Source: Candidatus Marinacidobacterales bacterium (lineage in GTDB: Bacteria > Acidobacteriota > Vicinamibacteria > Marinacidobacterales > DATDRI01). Taken from it: 64,000 nt of DNA. A program made the position numbers and the translations under genes. Of this stretch, positions 41,753-54,166 are shown in pieces. The DNA lies in contig CBDCNP010000002.1 of NCBI GenBank assembly GCA_965219415.1, positions 5,088,001 to 5,152,000 on the forward strand, read 5' to 3'. Position 1 is the stretch's first letter. Each line of letters starts with the position of its first letter. The notes beneath the pieces are model-generated. The model saw only the letters and a list, made by a program, of their open reading frames with translations, was not told where the DNA came from and ran no database searches.

Positions 41753-43011
41753 TGAAGTGACCCCGCTTTCGTGGACAGGTTAAGAGTTAGGGATCAAGCG
41801 TCGCGATAGTACCTCCTTTCGAATTGGATAGGCGAGCAATAGTCGATGGCGGAGTGTCGTCGTCGCGGGTTGTACCAGCCTTCGATGAAATCGAAGGTCG
41901 CCATGCGCGCCTCAGCGTGGTAGCGAAACGACCGGCGCTCGATCAGCTCGCACTCGAGCGTCGCGAAGAAGCTCTCGCACATCGCATTGTCGTAACAGTC
42001 CCCGACCGAACCCATCGACGGTCGCACCCCGGCCTCCCGGCATCGCTGGCCGAACGCTAGTGACGTGTACTGCGTGCCCTGGTCCGAGTGATGGATGACG
42101 TCGCCGGGCTTGCGTTGGAACAGCGCCATGTCGAGGGCGCTCAAGACGAGCGACGTCCGCAGGTGGGTAGCCATTGCCCATCCGACGATGCGTCGGCTGA
42201 AGGCGTCCAGCACGACGGCGAGGAACAAGAAGCCCGACCACGTGGGCACGTAGGTGATATCGGCGACCCACAGGCGGTCGGGCCGGTCCACCTCGAAATT
42301 CCTGTCGACGAGATCGGGGGCGGGACGGGCGTCGTCACAGCGAATCGTAGTGTGCGCCCTCTTGCGCCGGTGAACACCTTGAATGCCAGCCTCGCGCATC
42401 AGCCGCGCTACACCGCTTGCGTGAGACGTGGAGCTCGTGTGTCTCTCGTAGCTCGTGGAGAATCCTCGGCGCGCCGTACGTGCTCCGCGACGCGGTGTGA
42501 ATCGCCCGGATCTTCTCAAGCAACTCCGCATCCGACACCGCGCGGGCCGACGGGGCACGCTCAAGCCACGCATAGTAGCCGCTGGCGGAGACGTCCAGCA
42601 GTCGGCACATCGTGGCAACCGGTAGTGAATCCTGGTTCGCCCTCACGAATCGGAAGGCTTCGGTGGTACCGACTCGGTCTCCCGAGCGAACCAGGCCGCG
42701 GCTTTTGAGAGGATCTCCCGCTCCAACCGTAGTTGACGGTTCTCCCGTCGCAGGCGGCGGAGCTCCGCACGCTCCTCACTCGTCAGACCGTCCTGCCTGC
42801 GACCCTCGTCGAGATCCGCCTGGTTCACCCAGTTCCGGATCGTCTGGCCCGAGGGCTCAAACTCTCGCGCCAGCTCTTCGGAGCCGCGGCCAGCTCGCAC
42901 CAGCTCTACCATTTGGCGCCGGAATTCGGCCGCGTATCTGTTTCCCTGCTTTGACATCGTGGACTCCTGTCTCCCAAAGGATTAGGTGTCCACGAAAGCG
43001 GGTCAAGTCCA
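41753..43011 (-). mobile_element. IS3-family element (orfA 42643-42957; orfB frameshifted)
   Basis: TG..CA TIRs; WVADITY, HHSDQG and ESFF motifs. Confidence 0.92.
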
Positions 43012-43206
43012 AAAACAGGGAAAAACAGGCAATTTGGGGCCATTTTGGGTCTGATCTTGAGTTCGTTTGTATTTTTGGACAGGACGGGCTTCGGCACGCC
43101 AAAGGCGGTTGCGGCAGTCGATCCTTTTCATAAAACAACATAGTAGCATCCAGCATTCGGGATTCCGGATGCTGTGATATACGATGCCCCCTTTGGGAGG
43201 TGCTCT

Positions 43207-44691
43207 ATGAAACGGCTCCTGGTGGTGACGACCGTTCTCTCTTCTCTCTTCTGCGCTCCGGCGAGCAACGTGCCGGTCGACGTGGACCTCGTTTTTCTTG
43301 GCGGGCGAGTCATGGATCCGGAGAGCGGTCTAGACGCGATCCGCAACGTCGCCATCGCGGACGGCACCATCGTCGCTATCACCGAGCAGCCACTCGAGGG
43401 CGAGCAAAGCATCGATGCGAGCGGGCTTGTGGTGGCTCCCGGTTTCATCGATCTCCACGCGCACGGGCAGGATCCGGTCAGTAACCGACTGCAGGTGGCC
43501 GACGGCGTGACCACTGCTCTGGAGATGGAGATCGGCGTATACCCGGTCAGTGCTTGGCTGGCCTCCCGGGACGGCGAGGCGGTCATCAACTACGGAGCGA
43601 CAGTCAGCCACGTGGGGGCGCGAATTAAGCTCTTCCATGACATCGATGTCGGAAGCTGGACGCTTAGTGACCCGAATGATCCAAACCGGGTGCGGCTCAT
43701 GCACGACACCGACTATGCCTACAAAGCTACTACCACCGAAGAGTTGGAGAGGCTCGAAGGAATGATGGTTAACGGAATCCGCGAGGGGGGCCTCGGGTTC
43801 GGCTTCGGCATCACCTATTCTCCCGGTGCTTCGCGAGAAGAGATCTTCCGTTTGTTTGAGATCGCAAAGCGAGAGGACGTCCCGATCTATGTGCACGTTC
43901 GAGGCGAGAACTCCGGCGGCACGCTAGGTGCGTTTCAGGAAGTGCTTGCGAACGCCGCTTCGACGGGTGCCTCCCTTCACATCGTCCACATGAACAGTAG
44001 CGCCGACGAGCTCGCAAGGACGACGCTGAAGATGATTCGAGGCGCCCACGAGCGGGGCCTGGACATCACGACCGAATCCTATCCTTACACCGCTGGCTCT
44101 ACACGCCTCGAGTCAGCGCTGTTCGATTCGTGGCAGGGACTCTCGGACGAGGAATATGGTCGACTCCAGTGGGTGCCCACCGGCGAGCGGCTCGACGCCG
44201 CGAGCTTCGAGCGGTTTCGCCAAGAGGGAGGCTGGGTCATCATTCATGGTCGCTCGGAGGAAACAAACGAGTGGATCCTCGCTCAGCCCGACGTCATCGC
44301 AGCGAGCGACGGTATTCCCTTCCTCCACGGACCGGCCCATCCACGCGGGGCCGGAACTTACGCACGGATACTTGGCCACTACGTGCGCGAGCGAAGAGCC
44401 CTCTCGCTGATGGATGCGCTCGGCAAGATGACGATTCTTCCCGCTCAAAGACTCGAAGGCGTAGCCCAGAAAATGAGGAAGAAGGGCCGCGTTCAGGTGG
44501 GTGCCGACGCGGATCTCACACTCTTCGATCCGGAAACGATTATCGACCGTGCGACATACGAAAAGAGCGATGTACCCTCCGCGGGCATCATACATGTGCT
44601 GGTCGGTGGCACGTTCGTTGTGAGGGACTCGGAGATTGTCGACGACGTGTTTCCGGGAAGAGCGATTCGGTCGAGCCCGAGCGGTTCCTGA
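43207..44691 (+). CDS. Amidohydrolase, N-acyl-D-amino-acid deacylase-like
   Basis: PGFIDLHAH, SDG, HPRGAGT and GADADL motifs; lipoprotein-like signal. Confidence 0.88.
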   Translation: MKRLLVVTTVLSSLFCAPASNVPVDVDLVFLGGRVMDPESGLDAIRNVAIADGTIVAITEQPLEGEQSIDASGLVVAPGFIDLHAHGQDPVSNRLQVADGVTTALEMEIGVYPVSAWLASRDGEAVINYGATVSHVGARIKLFHDIDVGSWTLSDPNDPNRVRLMHDTDYAYKATTTEELERLEGMMVNGIREGGLGFGFGITYSPGASREEIFRLFEIAKREDVPIYVHVRGENSGGTLGAFQEVLANAASTGASLHIVHMNSSADELARTTLKMIRGAHERGLDITTESYPYTAGSTRLESALFDSWQGLSDEEYGRLQWVPTGERLDAASFERFRQEGGWVIIHGRSEETNEWILAQPDVIAASDGIPFLHGPAHPRGAGTYARILGHYVRERRALSLMDALGKMTILPAQRLEGVAQKMRKKGRVQVGADADLTLFDPETIIDRATYEKSDVPSAGIIHVLVGGTFVVRDSEIVDDVFPGRAIRSSPSGS

Positions 44692-44947
44692 ACGCTCCAT
44701 CGGAGAACAGGAGCGCCATGGCATTCACGAGAAAAGGACGCCTGCTACCGGCGGTTCGGTCGCCGGCGGCCGATTGATATGGCCAAACGGATGAATCTCC
44801 GGGATTTGTTGGAACGGTTGTTTCCCGGCGCCTCATCCAACACAGTGGCCACAAGGACCTCTCCTGCTGGCCGTCTGGTCAAAATACTCGAACGCCCAGC
44901 GGGTCAGAGCAGTTTGTACCTTTCCAAAGGCTGCTTGAATCCCGTCC

Positions 44948-46206
44948 TGGACTTGACCCGCTTTCGTGGACACCTAATCCTTTGGGAGACAGGAGTCCAC
45001 GATGTCAAAGCAGGGAAACAGATACGCGGCCGAATTCCGGCGCCAAATGGTAGAGCTGGTGCGAGCTGGCCGCGGCTCCGAAGAGCTGGCGCGAGAGTTT
45101 GAGCCCTCGGGCCAGACGATCCGGAACTGGGTGAACCAGGCGGATCTCGACGAGGGTCGCAGGCAGGACGGTCTGACGAGTGAGGAGCGTGCGGAGCTCC
45201 GCCGCCTGCGACGGGAGAACCGTCAACTACGGTTGGAGCGGGAGATCCTCTCAAAAGCCGCGGCCTGGTTCGCTCGGGAGACCGAGTCGGTACCACCGAA
45301 GCCTTCCGATTCGTGAGGGCGAACCAGGATTCACTACCGGTTGCCACGATGTGCCGACTGCTGGACGTCTCCGCCAGCGGCTACTATGCGTGGCTTGAGC
45401 GTGCCCCGTCGGCCCGCGCGGTGTCGGATGCGGAGTTGCTTGAGAAGATCCGGGCGATTCACACCGCGTCGCGGAGCACGTACGGCGCGCCGAGGATTCT
45501 CCACGAGCTACGAGAGACACACGAGCTCCACGTCTCACGCAAGCGGTGTAGCGCGGCTGATGCGCGAGGCTGGCATTCAAGGTGTTCACCGGCGCAAGAG
45601 GGCGCACACTACGATTCGCTGTGACGACGCCCGTCCCGCCCCCGATCTCGTCGACAGGAATTTCGAGGTGGACCGGCCCGACCGCCTGTGGGTCGCCGAT
45701 ATCACCTACGTGCCCACGTGGTCGGGCTTCTTGTTCCTCGCCGTCGTGCTGGACGCCTTCAGCCGACGCATCGTCGGATGGGCAATGGCTACCCACCTGC
45801 GGACGTCGCTCGTCTTGAGCGCCCTCGACATGGCGCTGTTCCAACGCAAGCCCGGCGACGTCATCCATCACTCGGACCAGGGCACGCAGTACACGTCACT
45901 AGCGTTCGGCCAGCGATGCCGGGAGGCCGGGGTGCGACCGTCGATGGGTTCGGTCGGGGACTGTTACGACAATGCGATGTGCGAGAGCTTCTTCGCGACG
46001 CTCGAGTGCGAGCTGATCGAGCGCCGGTCGTTTCGCTACCACGCTGAGGCGCGCATGGCGACCTTCGATTTCATCGAAGGCTGGTACAACCCGCGACGAC
46101 GACACTCCGCCATCGACTATTGCTCGCCTATCCAATTCGAAAGGAGGTACTATCGCGACGCTTGATCCCTAACTCTTAACCTGTCCACGAAAGCGGGGTC
46201 ACTTCA
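44948..46206 (+). mobile_element. IS3-family element, second copy (orfA 45002-45316)
   Basis: Reverse complement of 41753-43011, same length and translations. Confidence 0.92.
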
Positions 46207-46222
46207 GACTACTGACCAATCC

Positions 46223-47004
46223 CGTCCTTGTGCCAAAACTCGGCCCTTTTGAAATAGGCCATAAATCAGCAACTTAGTGTCTGTGTTTGCGACCGGGCCA
46301 AGGGCCGTGGGCTTTACAATCGTCTTGGGCGGGCGGGTCGTCACCATGCAGATGACCACCTAGTCGAGAGCGAATATCGAAGCGTGTTCCTGAAGCTGTT
46401 TCCACGCTACGCCTGTCTAGCCCGCCGAGTGGCTACCGTCGCCGGCGACCATCTACGCGGCACGGCAGTAGTAGTTGAGAATGCCCAAAAGTCGCTCTCG
46501 CGACACGATGGGCCAGTGTCATTCGCGCTTGCCGGCAGAGGTGTGATGAGCTCGTTGCCGAGACCTTGGTGGTTCCGTTCTGTGTGATAGTGCACTACGT
46601 ATTCGGTTACCGCTGTCCGCAGGTGTCGCTCACTGAGAGGTACGAAGCGGTCGAGACACTCTCGACGTATGGAGAGAACGAATCTTTCCGCGTATGCGTT
46701 CAGATTCGGACTATTGGCGGGAAGGCGCAGGGGCTTCACGCCTGAATCTCTCAACAGCCCACGTACCGCCTCGGTGAATAGTGGGTCCCGGTCGTGGATG
46801 AGGTATCGCTTGCCAAGGAGGAAACCATCCCACAGGTCAGTGAGGTTTCTTGCCACCTGCTTCATCCACTCCCCGTTGGGGTCCGACGTTATCCCACCGA
46901 TGCACACGCAGCGAGTGGCGATATCGATGACAAACAGGACATGGTAGCGGACGAGCCCGAACGGGTTCACCACCTCGACGGGGAACAGGTCTGTCGCAGC
47001 GATG
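46223..47004 (-). mobile_element. 3' half of family A transposase ending in an inverted left end
   Basis: ATDLF...NYYCRAA followed by a left-end TIR. Confidence 0.8.
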
Positions 47005-47397
47005 GCCGTGAGGTCAAAATACTCATGCGGTTTCCCGATGGTAGAAACGTAGCAACCCGCCAAGCTGTTCACGGGAGCGCACCTTGCGCTCGGACTGAGG
47101 TGCTTGCGCTGTTTGCTGTTGGTGATATGTACGTATCCCTTTGCAAAAAAAGCGCTTACTCTCCATTTAGCGCGCGGCGAAGGTCGTGAGCGCTATTTCG
47201 GCTGTAATTTAATGCAGCGTAAAGTCTTAGCGTCATCTCACCAACACTTAATGGCAGAAGTACCGTCATCTGCATGGTGACGACCCGCCCGCCCAAGACG
47301 ATTGTAAAGCCCACGGCCCTTGGCCCGGTCGCAAACACAGACACTAAGTTGCTGATTTATGGCCTATTTCAAAAGGGCCGAGTTTTGGCACAGGACG

Positions 47398-47633
47398 GGG
47401 TTGTCTACCACCGACATCACGCTGGTGATGTTCGACTGCTGCAGCATCATCGGTTCGGCGACGACGTTGCGCGCGAAGATTTGGGGCTCTTCGGCGACTA
47501 CGCTGACCGTTTCAAGCCGCCGTGCGACCTGCAGGACGATCGAGAGCGTTTGGTGGCCGCCCGCCTCGACGGAGACCGGGAAGTCCACCGTCTCGAAGCC
47601 CGGCAGGATTGCAGTGACGAGGTAGTCGCCCGC
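47398..47633 (-). pseudogene. Fragment resembling the N-terminus of a TonB-dependent receptor
   Basis: GDYLVTAILPGF...LETVSVVAE pattern. Confidence 0.55.
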
Positions 47634-47842
47634 CCCGCGTAACTCGTTCGTGTGCTAGAGTTTCTCCTGATTTCGAAGAGTTTCTCCTGATTTCGAGAAG
47701 CGCAGTTCTTTCGTCGATGCCAGCTGGGCCGAGTTTTGGCACAGGACGGGGTCGTTTTACCCACAAGGAAGTTTTCCTGAGATCATGAACGCCGACTGCC
47801 CCGTGGCCAGCTCCTATCGACCTGGCCCACAATAGCCGGACG

Positions 47843-50383
47843 ATGACGGGTCCCCTCTACGAGTTGCTGCCCCGCGGCGAGGCAGGGAGCGACGAGCTTC
47901 TCGGTCGCTTCCTCGACTATGTCTCGCACCTGGGTCTCACACTCTACCCAGCTCAGGAGGACGCGATCCTCGCGCTCTTCGAGGGGCACAACGTCATCCT
48001 GAACACCCCTACCGGTTCAGGGAAGTCGCTGGTCGCCTCCGCGCTACACTTCATGTCTCTCGCTCATGGGCGACGTTCCGTCTACACCTGTCCCATCAAA
48101 GCGCTAGTCAACGAGAAGTGGATGGCACTCTGCCGCGAGCTTGGTCCTACGAACGTCGGTCTCTCCACGGGCGACGCCACCGTCAACCGCGGAGGACCAG
48201 TCCTCTGCTGCACCGCGGAGATCCTCGCGAACATGGCCTTGCGAGAGGGGAAAGATGCGGCGGTGGACGACGTGGTGATGGACGAGTTCCACTGGTACGC
48301 CGACCGCGATCGCGGGGTTGCCTGGCAGGTACCGCTTCTTACCCTGCCCCAGACACGCTTCCTCCTCATGTCCGCCACTCTCGGTGACGTGGCCTTCTTC
48401 GAGGAGGCGCTCACCGGCCGGAATGGTCGGCCCACCGTCACGGTGAAGTCCATTGAGCGACCCGTTCCGCTCGACCACGCCTATTCCGAGATCCCCTTGG
48501 CGAAGGCGGTAGAAAAGCTCGCCTCCGAGGACAAGGCGCCGATCTACATCGTTCACTTCACGCAGAAAGACGCCGCGGACAGCGCACAGGCTTTCACGAG
48601 CCTCAGGCTCTCGACCCGTCAGGAGAAGAACCAGGTAGCGGCGGCGATCGAAGGGGTCCGCTTCACGAGCCCCTACGGCCCCAAGGTCCGCAAGTGGCTC
48701 CGGCAGGGCATAGGTGTGCACCACGCGGGACTCCTTCCCAAGTATCGAGTGCTGGTCGAACAACTCGCCCAGCAAGGACTCCTCAAGGTCATCTGCGGCA
48801 CGGACACGCTGGGTGTGGGCATCAACGTGCCGATCCGGACGGTGCTCTTCACCAGGCTCTGCAAGTTCGACGGGCACAAGACGGCGGTCCTCTCCGCCCG
48901 CGATTTCCACCAGACCGCCGGGCGCGCGGGCAGGAAGGGCTTCGACGAGGAAGGCTTCGTGGTGGCGCAGGCCCCGGATCATGTGATCGAGAACTTGAAA
49001 CTCGGGGAGAAGGCGAAAGAGGGCAAGAAGGTCGTCAAGAGGAAGCCCCCCGAGCACAACTTCGCCAACTGGGACCGGCAGACCTATGAGCGGCTCATCG
49101 TCGCTCCCCCGGAGCGACTCACTTCCCGTTTCGACGTGTCGCACGGGATGCTCTTGAACGTCCTTTCGCGTCAGAGCGACGGGTGCCTCGCGATGCGGAG
49201 GCTTATCCGGGTGAGCCACGAGCCCGACCGCGCCAAGGGAGGTCACTTTCGACGGGGATGGCAGCTTTTCCGTTCCCTTTTGGCGCGCGGCATCGTCGAA
49301 ATCGTTCCCAGAACGGCGGAGGGCTCGCGGCTTCGTGTGAATGTCGAGCTTCAAGAGGACTTCTCGATGGATCAAGCCCTCTCGCTCTATCTTCTCGAGA
49401 CGCTCCCGCTCCTCGATCCGGAGTCGGAGATCCACGCGCTCGACATCCTCACGCTGGTTGAAAGCATTCTCGAGGACCCAAAGCTTATCCTGCGCCGACA
49501 GCTCGACAAGCTGAAGGGGAAGGCGGTCGCGGAGATGAAGGCCGAGGGCCTCGACTACGACCAGCGCATGGAAGAACTCGAAAAGCTCGAGTACCCGAAG
49601 CCTCTGCGGGAATTCATCTACGCGACGTTCAACGCCTTCGCCGACCGGCACCCCTGGGTCGATGAGGAGAACATCCGGCCGAAGTCGATCGCGCGGGAGA
49701 TGTTCGAGAGCTTTCGCTCGTTCTCGGATTACGTGCAGGAGTACGACCTCGAGCGGGCCGAGGGGCTCCTCCTGCGCCACCTCAATAGCGTCTACAAGGT
49801 TCTCCGGCAGACCGTGCCAGACCAAGTGAAGACCGACGAGGTCGTCGAGATGGAACTCTACCTGCGCGATATGTTGCGTCAGGTGGACTCGAGCCTTCTT
49901 GAGGAGTGGGAGAGGATGCGCGACTCGAACTACCGGCCGGAGGAGCGGGAGGAGTCGCGGCCACCACTTTCGGAGGAGGCACCGGACGTCACGCACGATA
50001 CCAAAGCCTTCACTGCCGCCATTCGCACGCGTGTCTTCGCCTTCCTCCGTGCGTGGTCGATCGGAGACGAGGAAGCGGCGCTTCGTACCATCGACTCGGA
50101 GGTTGACGCTGACGGAGGGCTCTGGAGCCCGGAGCGCCTGCGCGCGGCCCGCGAGGCTTTTCGCGTAGACCACGCGGGCCTGCGCCTCGACCCCGAGGCG
50201 CGGAACCTCCGCCACACGCACGTGAAACTCTCGGACGATCGGACTACATGGCGCGTCGAGCAGATGCTCGTGGATCTGGAGGACCTCAATGATTGGATCG
50301 CGGAGCTGGGGGTAAATCTCGAAACCTCGCGCGAGGCAGGACAGCCGATGGTTCAGCTACTGCGTCTCGAAACCCTGGTCTGA
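47843..50383 (+). CDS. Ski2-like DExH helicase with DUF3516-type C-terminus
   Basis: PTGSGKS, PIKAL, DEFH, SAT, HHAG and QTAGRAGR motifs. Confidence 0.92.
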   Translation: MTGPLYELLPRGEAGSDELLGRFLDYVSHLGLTLYPAQEDAILALFEGHNVILNTPTGSGKSLVASALHFMSLAHGRRSVYTCPIKALVNEKWMALCRELGPTNVGLSTGDATVNRGGPVLCCTAEILANMALREGKDAAVDDVVMDEFHWYADRDRGVAWQVPLLTLPQTRFLLMSATLGDVAFFEEALTGRNGRPTVTVKSIERPVPLDHAYSEIPLAKAVEKLASEDKAPIYIVHFTQKDAADSAQAFTSLRLSTRQEKNQVAAAIEGVRFTSPYGPKVRKWLRQGIGVHHAGLLPKYRVLVEQLAQQGLLKVICGTDTLGVGINVPIRTVLFTRLCKFDGHKTAVLSARDFHQTAGRAGRKGFDEEGFVVAQAPDHVIENLKLGEKAKEGKKVVKRKPPEHNFANWDRQTYERLIVAPPERLTSRFDVSHGMLLNVLSRQSDGCLAMRRLIRVSHEPDRAKGGHFRRGWQLFRSLLARGIVEIVPRTAEGSRLRVNVELQEDFSMDQALSLYLLETLPLLDPESEIHALDILTLVESILEDPKLILRRQLDKLKGKAVAEMKAEGLDYDQRMEELEKLEYPKPLREFIYATFNAFADRHPWVDEENIRPKSIAREMFESFRSFSDYVQEYDLERAEGLLLRHLNSVYKVLRQTVPDQVKTDEVVEMELYLRDMLRQVDSSLLEEWERMRDSNYRPEEREESRPPLSEEAPDVTHDTKAFTAAIRTRVFAFLRAWSIGDEEAALRTIDSEVDADGGLWSPERLRAAREAFRVDHAGLRLDPEARNLRHTHVKLSDDRTTWRVEQMLVDLEDLNDWIAELGVNLETSREAGQPMVQLLRLETLV

Positions 50384-50451
50384 GCGGCGTTCAAGGGCGT
50401 GAGGTCAAAATACTCATGCGGCTTCCCGATGGTAGAAACAGAGCAACCCCG

Positions 50452-50556
50452 GTAGGGTCGAGGGCTGGCGCGGTGCTCCGTAGGCGCGGCCTATCTGTTT
50501 CTCCCCGTTTCCTGTGGGAGTGGCTCACTAGCCGCACCGTAAGTCCGTTTCCAGCC
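50452..50556 (-). ncRNA. Group II intron 3' remnant (domain VI)
   Basis: Minus strand GGCTGGAAACGG...CCGCGCCAGCCCTCGACCCTAC; domain V and RT absent. Confidence 0.6.
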
Positions 50557-50644
50557 TGTGCATCGTCAAAACTGCTCCGCCCACGAAATCAAGGACTTAC
50601 GCTCCGCTTGAATTCCGGGCCGAAGACGGCGAAACTCCGCCGCT

Positions 50645-51695
50645 ATGCTCAACGTTGTTGTCTTCCTCGTCTCACTTGGTGTCCGTGCCATTCGGGCGAT
50701 GTGTCGGCGCCGCGCCGACCTGGTGTTGGAGAACGTCGCTTTGCGGCAGCAAGTGGTGGCGCTGAAGAAAGAGCGCCCACGCCCACCGCTCGGAGACACG
50801 GAACGGGCTTTCTGGGTTGCTCTTCGAGGTTCGTGGCCCGTGTGGGCGAGCCGCCTGCTCATCGTCCACGCGGACACCGTGGCCCGTTGGCATCGCGACC
50901 GATTCCGACGGTACTGGGCAAAGATCTCGCAGCGCTGCCATCCCGGTCGGCCTCGGATTGATGCCGAGATTTGTCGCGTCGTCCGCACGATGGCGCAAGA
51001 CGGCTGGGGGGCGCCACGCATCCATGCTGAGCTCACCAAGCTCGGTTTCATCATCTCCGAGAGCACGGTGTCGCGATACCTGCCGCGGCGTCCCGCGGAG
51101 CCCGACCAGCTGAAACGATGGATGGCTTTCTTGCGCAACCATAAAGACGATATCGCCGCCATGGATCTGTTCACCGTGCCCACCGCGTCGCTCCGGCTGC
51201 TGTACGGCTTCTTCGTCATCGAGCACGGTCGCCGGCACATCGTTCACTTCAACGCCACGTTCCACCCGACGTCTGCTTGGGTTATTCAGCAACTACGCGA
51301 GGCGTTTCCCTACGACACCGCTCCGAGATATCTCATCTTCGATCGCGACTTCATCTTTAACGCTGCGGTCATCGAGTTCATCAAGGCAACGGGTACAAAA
51401 CCCGTTCGCACTTCGTTTCGCAGCCCATGGTAAAACGGAACCGCGGAGCGGTGGGTCGGCAGCTGCCGTCGCGAGTTCCTTGAGCACGTCGTGGTTCTCG
51501 GCGCATGTCATCTCATCCGGCTCGTGCGAGCTTACATCAGCTACTATCATGAGGAGCGTTGCCACTTGGGGCTGAACAAGGACACACCGAGCTTGAGAAC
51601 GGTCACGCACCGACCGTCTCCTACGGCGAAAGTAGTCGGGACTGCCGCGAATCGGTGGACTGCACCATCGATACGAGTGGCGAGAGGCAGCCTGA
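50645..51695 (+). pseudogene. rve transposase with premature stop (51431) and frameshift
   Basis: AMDLFT, FDRD, SPW*NG.AER; tail GGLHHRYEWREAA; probable left end TGTGCATCG at 50557. Confidence 0.85.
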
Positions 51696-52052
51696 GTCAG
51701 CTTGGTCGCTCGCGTTACTCGGCTGGTCGCCGAGAAGTTCGTCCTCAGCACCTTCCCTCGCGCGCTGACCACGCTCTCCAGCATGTGCTCGAGGGCGGTC
51801 CGGGCCCTAGAGTCCAGTCCCGGACTAATCCGGACTAATGATGATGATGGACAGGGTTCAGACCCACGGTTCTCAATGAGGTCAGCAATTCCCCAGGTAA
51901 TGGGCCAAACAACTGGGCAGCGAGGTTCAGTAGCCCGGCAGCGCGGTCAGGAGTGAGACCGAGTATGAGCACCCGCCCATTGCGGCAGACACCATCCGCT
52001 CAAAGGTCGGTTGGACGGCGTCCGGCTCGCTACGGGTTGTGATTCTGACAAC

Positions 52053-52141
52053 CTACCGCCGCACGTCGGATTCGTGTTCGAATGGATTAAGGAGATCGAC
52101 TCCGAGTTGGTCAAAATCTCGCACGTTGCGGGTCACGACCG
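52053..52141 (-). pseudogene. PIN/VapC toxin C-terminal remnant
   Basis: VVTRNVRDF...LLNPF motif. Confidence 0.65.
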
Positions 52142-52493
52142 CGTCGTGTCCAAAAATAAAAACGAACTCAAGACCAGCCCGCCGGGACGTTTCGGAATAG
52201 ACGGATCTACGCTTGATTGGCCAATGGAAGGAAACGGGGGGTGCTTCCGCAGTCAAGTGTTGGTGGCCGCCGCGTAACCTGTTCATGTGCTGGAGTTTTG
52301 CCTGATTTCGAGAGGCGTAGTTCTTTCATCGATGCCGGCTGGGCCGAGTTTTGGCACAGGACGGGATCGTGAACATCGAACGTCTCCGCAGCGGCGCAAC
52401 CCTATATGCGGTCACGGCGGTGAAGGACTCCATAAAGCCGAATATAACAACAGAATTTTCCCTCTTGTTGGCAATCTCTAGTCATAAGTTTTT

Positions 52494-53205
52494 TTATTCG
52501 GAGCCATCGGATTCGACCCTTAGAGCGATGCCGTCCGTGAGAAGAATTGTCTTCGGCAACCACTCAGTTTTCATGTTTTCCAGCTTCGTGCTTTTTAGCT
52601 TCTGATGAGAATCAATAAACTGATTGTATTCCAGGGTGTATGATTCCTGTCGAGTTTCCCCAGCCGCTAGCGGATCATCCTCTTTTAGGTTTATATGCTG
52701 GATGAGGTCGTCAAAGAGGTCTTTGAAAGCGACGCTCCCTTCGAATGCTCGGATATCTTGCTCCAGCTTGTTCTCAAAAGAACACTTTGAACGTAATGTA
52801 GTCCTGATAGCTACGGTTCTGAAAACCCGTCTCGTACACGGTTACGTCAAGAGCATCCAGCAAAACTTTCCGTTGCCGTTCTTCTTCTGCTTTCGCAACT
52901 TCGCGTTTTCGGCGTTCCTCCTCGTGACGAATCTTTTCATCCTCGACGTACTTTCGTTGCTCCCTCGATGAGTTCTCCAATCCTCTTACCTACCGGCAAG
53001 CTCGGGTCTCCTCCACTCAGAGCTTCTCTCATTCCTTTTCTCAATATGTAACCTTGAAGTAGCTGGACTTCTTCGACGGAGAGATCACTGGTGTCCTTGA
53101 TCTTCTCTAGCAGCGAATCCTTATTCTCATCGGTTATCTCTAACTCTCGAACATCAACGCACGCGCCAACGAGTAAGACCGCCAAAGAACGATTCGGAGG
53201 TACAT
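52494..53205 (-). pseudogene. Lipoprotein with several frameshifts
   Basis: AAGGAGG RBS; lipobox VGAC; plausible coding sequence continues across shifted frames. Confidence 0.6.
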
Positions 53206-54166
53206 TCGCCTCGCCTCCTTTCCTTGCCCTAATTTGGGAAATTTTATATCGGTAAAGTTTGTTCCTTGCAACTTGATTTATAGGGAATTCGGTGCTTCCG
53301 CCATCAAATGTTGGTGGCCGCCGTGCCTTGGTGCACAACTCGCGATCTCGGTCCACAATTGTCCTGTACTCGCGGATACGAGGTTCCCCATGAGCATTTT
53401 CAAACGCACTCAGCGGAAGTATGTGAAGAAGGCCTATCGCGTGAGGAATTGGCGTGAATATGAGGCGGGTCTACGCAACCGCGGGAGCCTGACCGTCTGG
53501 ATCTCGCTCACCGCCGGCAAGCTTGTGAACTGGGACGCGCCCCGGCCAAGGAGGAGGAAACCGGGCCGTCAACGCAAGTACTCGAACCACGCCATCGAGA
53601 CGGCTGTCACCCTGGGCATGGTGTTTCATCTGTCATCTAGGCAGAGCGAGGGATTGCTGCGGTCGTTGTTCGCTCTGATGAAGCTAGACAGTGATGTGCC
53701 CGATCACACCACGATCTCGAGGCGCAAGCCGAAGCTGGGTAAGGTCCCCTTCTACCCAGTCAAGCAGAAGACGCCGTTGCACATCTTGTTCGACAGCAGT
53801 GGTCTCGCTGTCCACGCCGGCCAGCTGCGCAGAGCACAAAAGAGCAGGGACTATCGCAAGCTCCATCTGTGTGTCGACGAGCAGAGTGGCGAAGTCGTCG
53901 CCGGCGAGCTGACGAGCAAAAGAGCCCGCGATTCATCGCGGGTTGCATCGCTTGTCGGACAGATCGACAGTCCCATCTCATCGGCCAGAGCTGACACCGC
54001 ATACGACGCCGGCGGCGTCTATGAGGCAATCGAGAATCACAGCGCTCATCGCTCGCCGAGGGTGCTGATACCGCCGCGCAAGGGCGCCCTGCTCGCATCG
54101 GGGCCGGCGAGCAGCCGACAGCGCAATCGCAACATTGCAGCACAAGCTCGGCTCGGCAAACGAAAG

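Noticed and set aside
47657-47696. 20-bp tandem duplication (similar short ones near 18847, 34783, 51820)
   Set aside because: Two-copy slippage-type repeats with no evident function
48104-50221. 705-aa minus-strand ORF
   Set aside because: Antisense shadow of the helicase gene in high-GC DNA
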